Assembly (NCBI RefSeq): GCF_009914755.1
Contig: NC_060928.1
Reading direction: 5' to 3' (one strand)
DNA: 64,000 nt
From: the human T2T-CHM13v2.0 reference genome, Homo sapiens
The notes under the pieces are model-generated. The model was not told where the DNA came from, ran no database searches, and saw nothing but the letters and a program-made list of their open reading frames with translations. The position numbers were made by a program, and so were the translations under genes. Below, piece after piece: positions 30,601-45,654 of the stretch (within the stretch, counting starts at the first letter, position 1; each line of letters opens with the position of its first letter).

Positions 30601-32890
30601 TATGACAATAGCATTTTTGTTAAAAGCATTTTATAGAAGTGTGAAGAAAAACTAAAAATACAACCAGTTCCAAGGTTTAACAAAACTATTCCGTTTCTGA
30701 GTTCTTTGGCTGTCATTGAGCAACTTGTGGTTTCTGAAGGAAATTATGTGAATTAGGATGGTTTTGTATCATTTATCCTTAAGAACAGGGAAAATTGAGA
30801 TGTTTTCTTATGTTTCTGCTGGAGATTTTGGAAAGATGTGAAACCTACACCTACAGATTGACCTTGCTTAGTTAGCTCTGAACCTCCTGCTGCCTCTTCC
30901 ACGTAAAGTGAAAATTTTGGATTCTTATCGGCTTCAGATAAACTTACAGGTTAGTGAAACATAGGGACTGAGATATAGTAATTCATTCTGAAGCTGTTTT
31001 GGAGTGGTCAAATAATTTTAGTTGGATAATATATATTACTGGCTAATGATTGTGGATATTGGAAGTGATGAAAAAATTATTGAATTATTTCTTTCTGCAT
31101 TTCAAATGAAAAGGCTATTAGTTTGAGCAGAGAATTTTGATTTAGTAAACAAAATATTTAAATTTCATGTTTCATTTCTTTCTCCTATCTGGGTTCAGAT
31201 ACTCAGTCTTATAAATGGAACATGATTTATTTTTGCTCCCTAAACTGGTTATTAACTTCCTGTCCATAATCACAAAACTATATAGATTATATATTTCTTT
31301 GATTATTTGGATTTTGAATACTCTCTTTAAAATAATCAAGAGAAAATTAGAGCTGTTAGAATGTTAGAATTTGTTTTGAAGGCCACACATAGTGTTCCCT
31401 CCACAGAGAGGTTATACTAGTAAATGCCTTTCTATTTGAGGTCAACAACTATGACAACTTCCATTGAACATGAGTTAGTATTTTAAACGTAAAGCAATTT
31501 TTATACCTGTATGCACCCAAAAAGTAACAGGGGCTCTCAAAAGGGGTGGGGATTGTACTGTTTACATGTATATTGAAGATTGCTAGCAGAATTCTGGGGC
31601 CAGCTTGGTGGAGCGGAGTACACTTCATTGTCCTTAGTGTAGTAGCTTCCTCCTCTAATTTTGAGGTGAGAATGCAGAATCTGTTTTTTGTTTGTTTGCT
31701 TTTAGGTAGGAATAAAAGCAAGGCAAGGAATAATTTTGATTACTTGCAACATTAAACTTGAATCCACAAATCCTTAGGAAGTGAAGTTTTTGATTAAGAT
31801 TATTTAACTGCCACTTTCCTTGAAAGGTTGTTTAAGAACATCATGTACCTTTGGGTAACTTCAAGTGGTCTTGGAATGCAGATTCCAAAGTAAGATCAGC
31901 GTTGAAGAATCTTGACCTTTTCAAACAGGTAATTTGTTAGTATGTGTAGTCTTCAAAGTTAAGTTTCAGAGAAATTGCTTTGCTCTTTTATTCTTTTCCC
32001 CAATCAGAACTGATCTTTATGTAATACTATTAAGATCTACTAATTTCCTGAAATCCCTTCATAAGCTTAATCTGGCCAGGTCTTAACCTTTATGGATTAG
32101 AAATTTTAGTACTTCTTAAGCTAGAAGGCCAGGCCAACTAAAGGGAAGCACTCTCCTCTCTGCCAGTTCAGCAACTAGATCTGTCCTCAAATACCTGCCA
32201 CAGGGATATGCTGCTTGAAGTTGCCCACGCATGTACACACTGGGACCAAGAAGGCACTTCTGGTGCCAGAAACAACACTGTGTTTGCTTTGTGGAAATTT
32301 TTGATATGCTTTAAAAAATGTAGGTGTCTTCTCCCTCACCTCCTGTGTGTAACTTCCAGCATTTCTTTTTGTTGCTTTTTATCTACAGAATTCATGTTCT
32401 TTGCATTTTGAGTTAGTTGAATCCACTGTATGCTTTCCAGATGATAATTAGTGAAGCTCAATGATTCTATGCAGTGTCTTTCAGTGGGTAAGGGAAGATA
32501 TTCATCACAGGGGTGGGCCTTCATCACAGGGGAGATGGAAGGGCAAGGGAGAGGGATTCTGATGGCCTAACCCTCATTATTGCCCCCCACTGCCACATGC
32601 AGACACTCTTGCCGCTTTCCCATTGATTTTGTGCAATATTTTAAATTTTTCCACCAATCTTTGGAAAATATTAATTTATTTTGTAGGAGAAAATGTATTC
32701 ATTTCCTTAAATATCCCTCCTCAGAGCAACAAGCATGATTAGTTTTTGGTATACTTTAAAAAATATTTTACCTACTTATGGGTAAATTGCAATAGATCTC
32801 TCCCCTATCACCCACTTGTTTTGTACAAATGAAAGCATACTATATACACTGCTTTGTATGCTGCTGCTTTTTCTTAACTGTACATGTTGA

Positions 32891-33265
<375 letters not shown>

Positions 33266-33820
33266 TAATTTATTAGCAAGTCTCTTACTGATGAACATTT
33301 ATGTTGATTCTAATTTTTTGCTAACACAAGCAATTCTAAAAAAACTTTGAACATATGTTAAAGATGTTGTTTTGCATGTTCTTAGTGTTTCTGCAAAATA
33401 AATTTTTATATGTGGTCAAATGGCAGATACATTTGTAATTTTTATCAATTGCCCAATGACTTCTTACTCAGTAGAGAAGATAGTTTAAGGGGAAAGACTG
33501 AATGGCGATGCTGACCCAAAGGCTCCAACAATCCCATATCCAGAGTCTGATCTTTCCTTGATTTTAGGATTCTTTGATCCCTTTTCTTTCCCAAGAAATC
33601 CCTCTGACAACTCAGTGAATGTCCATCTGCTCCCATCATCTGTTTCCCATCAGACCAGAGGCAATGGGCTGAAGCTAGGAGAATGGAGTGAGATGTGTCC
33701 ATTTGCCAGGGTCTCCCAGTGGCTTCCTGCCTATCATTTACTTGTAAGAAAGAGCCACGCATTCCTTTAGGAATTGCTTAATTCATTGATCTTTTATTAT
33801 CTTTGTAGTTTAGCCATAAT

Positions 33821-34235
<415 letters not shown>

Positions 34236-37200
34236 TAAGGAGGAATATGTAGAATTCTGAGATCTGAATACCATTTTGGGGACACCGTTTATGATAAAAA
34301 GATTTTCAGGAAATATTAAGACATTTTTGTACCAAAATACTTTTTGTAGTGTCCTTAAAACCATAGGGGCATATATTTTCTAATAGTTATTCTAATCCTT
34401 ATTCCAATTATATACTTAAATTGTCTCCTTTTAGAAAAGTAAGAAATGCATGATTAGGTGAAAAATTAAAAGACACATACTAAGAGCAAGACAGCAGTGA
34501 AGGTAAGTATTTCTAACTTTCCTGTTTTCCTGACACCTAGTTCCACCTTCCCACAGGCTACCACTGTTTCCTATTGATCCTTGTAGAGATTTCTTAACAT
34601 TTTCAAAATTTCCCTTTTTCATAAATGATGGCATGAAGTACAAACGGTTCTGTATCTTGATTTTTTTTTCATGTAACACTACGTTTTGGAAAGCAGTCCT
34701 CATTAGTTTATTTAAACCTGACTCATTCTTTTAAATGGCTATACAGTATGCCATTACATGAATGAATGTACTATAATTAATTTAAAAATCCCCTATTTAT
34801 GTACCTTTGAGTGGTTTTCAATATTTTGTTTTTACATAACATGCTGCAATCAATATTTGCATATATCATCATCACTGTTGTATACCTTTAGATATGGAGG
34901 ACATATCTAAAGACATTTGATTTCTGTATTAGTATAGTAATTGAAGAGGTTTCATTTTATTGCTACAAATTTTCTTATGTTTAATCTGTAATGTAAAGGA
35001 GAGTAAATCATGGCTAATATTACAGAGTAGAAACCTTCTGTTCAGTCATCTTCTATTTTTGATTCCTTAGAAGATACCTTAAAAGATAAATTAAATTGAT
35101 TTCTTTATTTCTATTTGTTTATGCCCTATCTTGTTTGGGAAAGTATATAAAGTGGCTTCCAGGAATTCACACAATTAAAATAAGGAAATAGGGGCTACAT
35201 GGAGGAAAATGGGGGTAAAATAAAAATATTAGGAGGAGGGTTTTTCAAATGCAGATATGTAAGCCATAGGATCCTACATATGTCCTACAATTTGGCTACT
35301 AGCTTCTGGTAGCCAAAGGTAAAAGATGTTATTGCTGATTTAATTTGTGTTGTTTGTCAGGGAAAAAGCAAACAAGTTATGTGGGAGGAATTATGGTTTT
35401 ACTGCATGTAGTTCTGAACGAAGACTTTCACGTGGCCCTTTACGGAGTGGGAGTGAATGATGGGATGGAAGGGGCCACAGCAACATTCCTATCATGAAGC
35501 CAGTGGTGGTTTTTGAAAAGCTGTTTCATAGAAGATCCGTCAACATAAGATGAGGCCCTTACTCTAAAAGTACAGTTCACGGAAAGCTGTTCTATACATA
35601 GTTTAAGAAGCATTATGTGCATAGCTTTCTGACGTTCAGCTAGATACAGCCCAGAATATCTAGCTGTGATGGATGAACTGTATAGGGTTTTGGATGGACA
35701 GCTCTGGATTAGACAAGATAGTTTCAGGTTAGAATCACTAACAATGTTCTGAAGTTTGCTGTATTATTTAACAGATTAAAGGCCAGTTCATTTTGTCTTT
35801 CTTTTTTAAGTCGATATATTTTGAAGATCAGTAATCAACTAATGGAGTTGATATCCAGAGACATTGTGAATAGAGCAGGGATAGGGCCCCGCCTAGGCTC
35901 CAGTAAAAGGAGGATCTGCAAAGAAATTAGTGGGAGATTTTTTAATATCAATTTTGTATCCATTGGATAGCAATATATAAATTCACCACCATTTTGCTAT
36001 ATACATATTCATTTCCATGCCAGTTATGGCTTGGAATAAGGAGGAAAGGCATGAACATTGTTCCCAGGCATCATTTACCCTACTGATGCTGATACATGGA
36101 TATGGGCCAGTGAGCCCAGGAACAACAGAATCCCTGACCAGTGCTTATTTCCCCAAAGTTCCTGATTGCTATAGGTGTTCCGGGGAGTCAAAGTAACCTC
36201 AACTGTTTTCTTAATTCACCTGGATTTATAAGGGTTGATTTATATAAGTTGCTTAGACCTGAACAGACTCAAAGCAGAGTCTGTAGGAAATACTCTGCAT
36301 ATCAACATCCCGTACCCAAACCTAAGTCATCTTTTCACTGGGGTGTGCGGAAGGGCTGATTCTCATGTACTCTTGAAGCCCTAGGCAATAGAACCTGAAA
36401 TCCTGATGCACATATACCCTAGGATAATTTCTCTCTCAAAAAAAAGCAAATAGTGATTTTAAAAATTATGACTCAATGCATATTCTGAGAGTGCAGCAAT
36501 CCAGTAAGTGTCACATCTCCTTGGGAGGAACAAAGAGAAGGTCTTCAAACGCCTTTTCTGCAGAGACTAGCGTGAACCAAGAATCTCCCTGTCTGAATTG
36601 TCACCGTATATCAACGTGGCAGCGAGCTGAGAAAGTTAGCATTGCCAGGGCCGAGGTTTTCTGTCTTCACGGTAACAAACAAATGATCAGTCCTCAAAGA
36701 TAGTAAAATGTAGCCAAGATAATTTGGCTTGAAAAAAATTCAAAGTGATGTCAATAACCAGCTACAACCATAGAAAAATACTAGTAGCATATTGATGGTG
36801 CATCCCTGGGAACATGCCAGGGCAAATTGGGGTGCAAAATACACCAGTTATTTAAAAATTGGTATGTTATAAGGTAAAGAATTCATTAAGTAATATCAAA
36901 TACAAATAAACTTTTTATTTTGATTCACTAAAACTTCTTTTTAAGTTTTCTGATTTTATTACTTAATTACTACTGATACATAATTAAAGAATTATGGCCA
37001 TAATAGAATTCCTAATAAAATTTCTAATAAAGCCAGAATGAAGGAGTATATTACAGGCCAGACATGATAAAGCATTATGATGTGTGGTAAAATAGTGACA
37101 TCTATTTTTTCATTCTGTATTATTTTATAAATTTTCTGGAGAATTTCAGTTTAAACAGCCTGCTGAAATACTGTTAAATCAACCTGTTATTCTTAACTCT

Positions 37201-37700
37201 GATGGGAGGAAACAGATATGAATAATAAAAATGATTTCTTAGCTTTAGAATATAGTTGTTGCTTTGGAGAACAAACCGTTTTATTCCAATTATTTTTTAT
37301 TAGGAGACTTCATTTTCTGCCATACATTAGCTTTGGTAGATACTAGATGCCAGGGGAGTGCAAATTTGAGAATAAGGATTTGGCATGGGTTATTTGCATG
37401 TTGAGAGTCAAGATTTAACTAAATTTTAAAACCAAACACTTCATTTGATCAATATCTTTTTAACCATTCTGTAGATTAATAATATAAATTCTCCAGAGCT
37501 GACATTACTTTGCTATAACATCATCAGATCACAAGATTAGGGTTGCCTTTTGTAGATGTTATTCACTTACTCTGAAATGTTAGGAAATATGTCATCACAG
37601 TTTAAATTTGTAGTAATATACACAAAAGGAAAACACAACTAGGAATTTTGGATTTATGCTTACTTTGCCAAAAACCATGTTGATTTTCAAAAACCTTTAG

Positions 37701-37995
<295 letters not shown>

Positions 37996-40900
37996 TAACC
38001 TTATTTTCGTAAATCAAAGTTCCTAAATTCAGTTTCTAAGGAAAGCCCCTAAGTGGTCAAAGGTGTGTGTTGCTGAATTTCAGAAACAAACTCCATGGAT
38101 GGACTTTCCAGACATAAACTTCCCACCAAAATATTGTTCCAAAGTGTTTAGTGCCTCCTATTTTATTTTAGTGTTAAGATTTTGTAGGTACTTGGTAATT
38201 ATCAGCAAAATATTTACATACCAACAAATAGCAAAGCCATTGATAATTAATAGAAAAACAAAATCATAGCTTATGTTTAGTTGTATTTTTTAGTGTATTT
38301 CAGTGTTTAGAGTTGATTTTATATTGCATATACTAACTGTGGTAATAGTTTCTACTGGATAGATTATTTCAAGTTCACATGATTATAGAAGTATTTTATG
38401 AAGTTTGACATAGATAATGGTGGTTTCAGGGTCCCTTGTCTCTTGGGTTGAGTTTTTACATCATTGAAGAATTAAAAGATTGTGTCTTGGTGTCTATGTA
38501 TGGCCAAGAATTAAGACATTCTGATGTACAGTTTCATTTTCTAACTAAGGCAAAAATGATTTTTGAAACAATTACTTTTTAGGATAAAAGTATAAAATTA
38601 TGAAGAAATAATGTGTAGGTTTGCTAAATGTTGTGTTCTTAAATCTTGTGTTGAGGTCTGATGAATTTTTTTATATCTTTAATAGTTCTAAAGTAGTGTA
38701 CTGAAAGTTAGGATCATCCATGTTGCTACTTAACTTGTTGTCCATAGGGTCTGTTGTCCTGGATGTTGGTGTTATAAATGTACAGAGTTAGGTAGTTTTC
38801 TGTGAAGAGTTTGCAGGCTAATATCACTGTTTTTGACAATGAAAAATATAGCATGAAAATTAAGGTTGGGGTATGGAGAACTTTCTAGAGCTATTGCTTT
38901 TTCTAGCTGATGATTAAGGTTGAGAGGCAGAAGTACATTGTGTCAGGGAGGACCTTTCCCTTTTATGCATGCACCTGGCATTTATCACCTTTAACAAAGT
39001 GTGTGTGTCATGCTGTGCTGCTTGCTTAAGGGGCTGTATGCCTCCAGTCTGAGTCACATGGTAACTGCATCAGCAGTCTTAGCCTGTAGCATTTTATTAT
39101 TTCTTTTCAAAGTTTACACTTGGCCTAATACTTAGACATTTTATAATTCTTTACAGTAAATGAAACTATACATGAGAAGATGGGCATACCTTTGGATTAA
39201 AAAAAAAAAAGGCTCAGTTCTTTAAAGTTTCTTATCCTTGATTTTCCTAACACGGTCCAAAGTTCAGGACTGGCTCCAAACCCATAAACCTGTGTTTAGC
39301 AAGCAAGAAACATAATCCCCAGATAGTTTAGTTTCTCTGGTTTATGAGTCACAATTTCATAAAATCATCAGAGTGCTTATTAATTCCAACCACGTATAGT
39401 AAAGAACCTTCAGATGAACTGAAGCAAGGGTTCTTAGGCAAGTTGCCGGAGAGAGTTCTAGAATTCTAAACTACCTGAGTAGCTTTGCTGAAATGTTGCT
39501 TGTATTTGCTACTGTGGCCATTTTATGATGGCCATAGAGCAACAGATTATCAAGAGAAAATGAGACAGATTTTTCTGTATTATGTGCTATGAATGAATCC
39601 TATTTTAGTGAATGTTTTAATGGGGTTTATACCGCAAAAAAAAAAAATTGTATGTAAGGCATTTATTTCTGGCAACTTTCATAAAAATTGTTGTGATGGT
39701 TGCATATAAAAATTTCCTTATCCTTCAATAGAGGATAGTTCCCAGAAACTTCCTAGAAGTAATCTATTCCAGATTTAACATTGCTTTGACATAAAATGCA
39801 GTTTTGTGTAGTTTTAAAATGCAAATTAAAAAATATAGGACATTGGCTAAAATTTTATCTTGAAGTCGGGTATATATTGATACCATAAAACTTACTAGAT
39901 CTATGTATTTCAAGGCTAATTTATGCCAAGTAGGAAAAATATGACCCAACCTTAAGATATTACAAGGATAAAATAGACTATACAAAACTGTTTGGCTATT
40001 TGGTACTAATACAACTAGTTAGAACATAATGATGTTTGCTATTCTTTATTAAGTTGTTTTACCTTTGCTTACAATAATTTAAAGTATTTTTCCTGATAAA
40101 TTTGATGACTCAAAATTGGCAATTAAAGAATATTAAAGAAACGGTATCCTTTTATATTTTTTCTGTCTCATATATAACCATAGTCATAACTTGTGTGATC
40201 CAGAATGTAATTTGCTATTTACACTTTGATTTCAGCTGTTTGCTTAGATTGTACCTGATGTATTTTATTATTCTATTTAAGGAATGTGTCAACATCAAGA
40301 TATGGTGAGTTCTTTTCAAAATAACAGTAGAAACCTGACCAATATGAAAAAAAAAAGTCTAGCAAGCAAATGTAATTTGTGTCTTTAAAAATACATAGCA
40401 ATCATTCTGGATCAATAGTTAAATTATTGCTTCAATTAAATCAAATTGGACTTAGAATTTTTTTCTTCTTATATTACCCAAAGGAAGGCCCCATTCACCT
40501 AATTTTAAATTATACAAATTATACAAATAAATATACAATTGTAAATTACAGTGGATATTTAATCCTTTAAAGGCATTAATTTAGCAGAGAAGAATAAAAT
40601 TATCCCTTTTCTTACCTCTAAAATCTCTAGGTTGATCAAACACTGACCATTATTAGTACCATTTCAAGTTTCTTCCCTTTACTTTCATCAAACTGGGTTA
40701 TTTATGTATGTTCAAGTGAAATGGCTGTGCTTTCATGGTAATTCTTGTTGCTATTGACAACCAAAGCAGCCATGCAAGAAGAAAATGCTGTGGAAGGGAA
40801 GAAAAAAATTATATTTCCTCCCCAAAGTTGGAGAGAGAAGGGAACATACAGTATGTAAGAAACAGGTAAGTAAAAATATATCAATTTTAAAACTATTAGC

Positions 40901-41320
40901 CTTTCTTACTAATTGATCAAAAGTTTAAATTTTTTCAGATGTGTTTTCCAACTCCAATTTAAATAAAAGGATACTGTCTCTAGGAATCAGAAATTAATAT
41001 TCTGGAAATGAAAAATTGGATTTGAAAATACAGCATCACAAAAGGTCTGAAATATTTAAATTTAGAATTTGGACTATAGAAGAATAGCATAACTTCAATT
41101 ATTGGTTAATATTTTTGTTATGAAATGTTTTTTTATAACAAAATGGTGACTAAAATATTACTATTTTAAACATGTCCTAGATTTTTTTTTGTTTCAGAAA
41201 AGCACTGAAAGTTGAATATGTGTAAGTCTCCGGGAATGTAACAAGTTGATAAATACCCAAGTCCAGCCTCCTTACAGAGAAAAGATCTGGAATTTCTTTT
41301 TTTGGACATTTGTTTTGCAG

Positions 41321-41371
41321 CTTTCTACGTCTTAAGGCAGAGAATAGCCAGGATAAGGTGCCAGCTCAAAG
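41321..41371 (+). CDS. NPNT: Nephronectin alternative cassette exon, 51 nt ((P)FYVLRQRIARIRCQLK(A))
   Basis: Acceptor tttgttttgcag|, donor AAG|GTTAGA; phase 1-1, open in the NPNT frame; matches the recalled 17-aa insert of longer NPNT isoforms. Confidence 0.88.
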
Positions 41372-42001
41372 GTTAGATGAACATATTTCTTGAAATAATT
41401 TTGGCTAATCTATGTCTTGAAAGGCATACCTTCTAAATAATTTTACAAAGCTGTAAACAAAACATTAGTTGTGTTTTTGAATTGCTTCTTTTTAGGAAAA
41501 CTATATTTCTTAGAGATGTGCTTATTCTATACATAATTATAGTAAGTTAATTTTAATTCCATTATTACATTAAACTTTTCCGTTTCAGTTGATTATTCCT
41601 TTCTTCTGTTTTATGAATCTAATAAATTGACCTCCATTCTAAGCTAAAGGACAGTTTATGTTTTTAATACTTAAGGAAGCAAATATAAAAACAAAGTCCA
41701 CCAAATGAAATTACTAACACCAGCCTATCATTAACCTGAGGGAGTTGTATTTCATATTCATTAATTCTCCATGGAACAATTCAGGTAAGAAATATTTTTA
41801 TTGTATGAAATATGTTATCAGTTATAATAGCACTTACGGGCATTTATGCTCTTGTTTTAGGTACATAAAGGGTTCCTTGTTTAAGATATTTTTGGCAGTA
41901 AATAATGTCACTTATCACCCTATGACACTTTAGTGGAAAACGTTGGTGAAATATGTGGAATTGTAATGTTTAATGGAATTGATTCTAAGAAGACAATGTT
42001 C

Positions 42002-42299
42002 TTTTTGTTTGTTTGTTTGAAACAGAGCCTTGCTCTGTTGCCCAAGGTGGAGTGCGCTGGTGTGATCTTGGCTTACTGCAAACTCCGCCTCTTAGGTTCA
42101 AGTGATTCTCCAGCCTCAGGCTCCTGAGTAGCTGGGATTACAGGCGCCCACCACAATGCCCGGCTAATTTTTTATTTTTAGTAGAGATGGGGTTTTGCCA
42201 TGTTGGCCAGGCTGGTCTTGAACTCCTGACCTCAGGTGATCTGCCGGCCTCGGCCTCCCAAAGTGCTGGGATTACAGGTGTGAGCTACTGCACCCGGCC
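42002..42299 (-). mobile_element. Alu (AluS-like)
   Basis: Antisense full dimer with (TTTG)n tail. Confidence 0.93.
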
Positions 42300-43379
42300 T
42301 GAGAATGTTCTTTAAACTGATTGAAGAAACTATCACATGTCATGAAAAATGTTTTTAAGGCAGAATTTTAATAAAAAAAATATTTGGGAACAAAATTGAT
42401 AGTACTAGAAATAGAAGTTCAGAAATTTCTTTGTTCAGGGAGACTTAAAGCATATGTATTTTAAAGTTACTAGCAGTTATAGGATTGACTAGTAGAGCTA
42501 TGGCTTACATTAGGGAGGCAATGCCAAGGAAAGAATAGAATGTGTGGTTGGCCACCAACATCTGGGTTCAGGAACTGTTCCTATGACTTACCACCTGTAA
42601 GAAACTAGACATTTTAACTTTTCTGAGCTGCAATGTTGTAATCTTTAAATCTAACTTTGCAAGATTCTTACTGGTTATAAGGAGGTGGCTTCCACAGTTC
42701 TTGACAGATGTTTGCTATTATTAGTGTGTTCTCAATATATACAATACAAATGGAGAACTCTGAGCCGAGTTTTACTAGGATCCATCCTAGGACAGATGGT
42801 ACAGCACATTTTCAAATGGTTTTGTTTACCATAATCATCTTTTGGAAATAATCAATTGGAAGTAGAACAATTCTTCAGTTATTCATTTCTAAAATCAAAA
42901 CTTTCATGGGATAGTTTTCTGTGCTTCTGAACCGTTTTTCCCATTTCTCTAATAATATCCATCCATAAACCTCCGAGTGGAACAGTTTTGGTTGTCTAAC
43001 AGTGTTTGTGCTTGGGAAATGAATTGAAGGGAGATGGAATTGAATTGTTGAATGTGAGCATTTAGAGTTCCTGTAATTTATCCGTATAATTATTTGAGAG
43101 CTTACTAGAGGTAAAGAGCTAAGTTAGGTGCTGGGAAGATACAAAGGTGAATAAAACAGGGACCCTTACTTTCAAGCAACTCAATTTGTAAGATGATTGG
43201 CTCTTATTCCTTCTATGATTCTTAAATAGGAAAAAGTTAGGGATAAAGATTTGAGGGAGTTCAGGGAAAGAATCATTTCCTGCTGAAGAGGATCAAGGAA
43301 GACTTCATGAACTCAATGGTATTCAGTTGATACTATATATATATATATTATCAGTATATCTAGTATATAGTATCAGTAT

Positions 43380-43733
43380 ATACTGATAGTGAGTGACATG
43401 AATGCCTAGAGCTTCATTTTACTGGGATGATATCTGCAGTAGTTGGTCCTGGATCATGCAGGTAATAGCTGGCTCTCTCTCTCCATTCTCTCTCTCTCTC
43501 TCTATATATATATATAATATATAAAAATAATATAATATATATTATATATTATAATATATATATTATATAAATATTACATATACATAATATAATATATAAT
43601 ATATTATATATATAGAGAGAGAGATAATGGAGAGAGAGAGCCAGCTATTACCTGCATGATCCAGGACCAACTACTGCAGATATCATTCTAGTAAAATGAA
43701 GCTCTAGGCATTCACGTCACTCACTATCAGTAT
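43380..43733. repeat. Long inverted repeat with (CT)n/(TA)-rich/(AG)n centre
   Basis: 43380-43487 is the reverse complement of 43626-43733 with 3 mismatches; symmetry continues into the CT/AG and TA tracts. Confidence 0.96.
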
Positions 43734-45329
43734 TGAAAGCCCACAGAGGAAGGCAATACTGGGTAAGAGGCATGTTTTAGTATAGGATTCTGTGAGAGCA
43801 TATCTTAAGGGGCAGTAGCCCAGACCAGCAGTGATGGAGTGGTGATGGCCCAGCTGAATCCCGAGGGATAAATCAGTCAAGTGAAGAGTATCCTGGGCAC
43901 ACAGAAAAATGCATTTAAAGCTCAGTAGCCAGAGGGAGGAGCACATTCCGAGAACTGTTAAGAATCTCAACCCAGCATATGTGGGGTATATGTTTGAAGG
44001 GCATCTGATGAGAGACGCAGTGGGAGAAGTGGGAAAGGACTCCTGGAAGGCTTTTGATATCATATTAAATACATTTGCCTTAATCACAAAGTTGTAGAGG
44101 AACACTGTAAAGATTTTAAGCAGAGAAATTAATATTTTAGAGGATAGCTGGTGGTAATGGATCAGATCTAGCACTCAGGTGAATTTAGTTTTGCTTGGAG
44201 TGTTTGTAGTTGTCAGTGTCTCACAGGAGACACGGATATAAGGGTTGGTTCAAAAATCGGTAGGTCTGCATTGCTGCGAGGAGTCTATCAGCTGGGGCCT
44301 CTTAAGTAGCTGGCCCATTTGGAAGAAGTATGTGCCTCATTTCCCTGTGGAGCTCACTTCCTTTAGTGCAAATGCCTGGGACCTGTAGGAAGTCAACCTG
44401 GTGAGAAATTAGGCTTCATTTTAAGTAGTGGTGGTGGGAACAAAGAGAAGGAGAGGGATTGAAAGATACTGAAAAGAAAGGATGGAGAGGCACACAGTGT
44501 TAGGGCAGTGGCGGGGGGGCACATGGGCTTGGCAGACAGACTTGCTGCAACTACAAATTGTGTTTTTGAGAAACTTACCTAAACAGTCTGAGCTACAGCT
44601 TCTTTTTTGATAAAATGTAGATAACAGTCCTATCTAGTAGGACTTTTTATGAGGATCAAATGAGGAAACCCAAAGCGTTTGACTCAGCAACTGGCTTATA
44701 TTCACATTCAGTAACATGGTGGCTGCAGTATTTGTAATGCTGGTTGTGAAAGGTGAAGAAGATGTAATCAAGATTACTCCCAAGTCTCTAGGACATCATT
44801 TGGTGAGCTAGAGAACACAGGAGAAGGTGCAGATAATGATTTCAATTTTGGATATGTTCAGTTTGAAGCGCTTGTGAGACTTTGAAGTAGAGAAACTTGA
44901 TATGTGCTTGGATTGCAGGGTGAGATCTGAACAGAACACAGGCTATGATTTCATTTCTTTCCACTATTCTACTCAAACCTTCCTTCCTTTTCCTTCGTCA
45001 ACTTCAGTCAACATTGATTATTGCCACAACTATCTCCACGGAGGAACAGCTTTAAACAGTAGAAAAAGAATGTGGGATAGGTAAAAATCTGTGTTCCACA
45101 TCTGCTAAATGTTATCTAATAGTTGTAAGTTCTTGAAAAAAAATCTTTCCAGTTTACCGTTTTGGCAAAGCATTGTAAGCAACTAATAATTCAACATTTG
45201 TTTATATCAAGGGCTGAAAAAAAGTCATCCTCTACAAACATATTTTCTTTTTTTCCCTCTTTTGGTTGCCTTTTTTTGTTTTACATCACCACCACTCCTA
45301 ACTCTAAGAAAATATTTGACTAAAAGTGA

Positions 45330-45654
<325 letters not shown>

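Noticed and set aside
34490-34510. Consensus donor AAG|GTAAGT
   Set aside because: No convincing upstream acceptor or frame; lies in decayed L1-like sequence; such sites are common in long introns
43704-44174. 156-aa minus-strand ORF beside the palindrome (possible transposase)
   Set aside because: No DDE or HTH motifs; lies outside the inverted arms in decayed L2-like sequence
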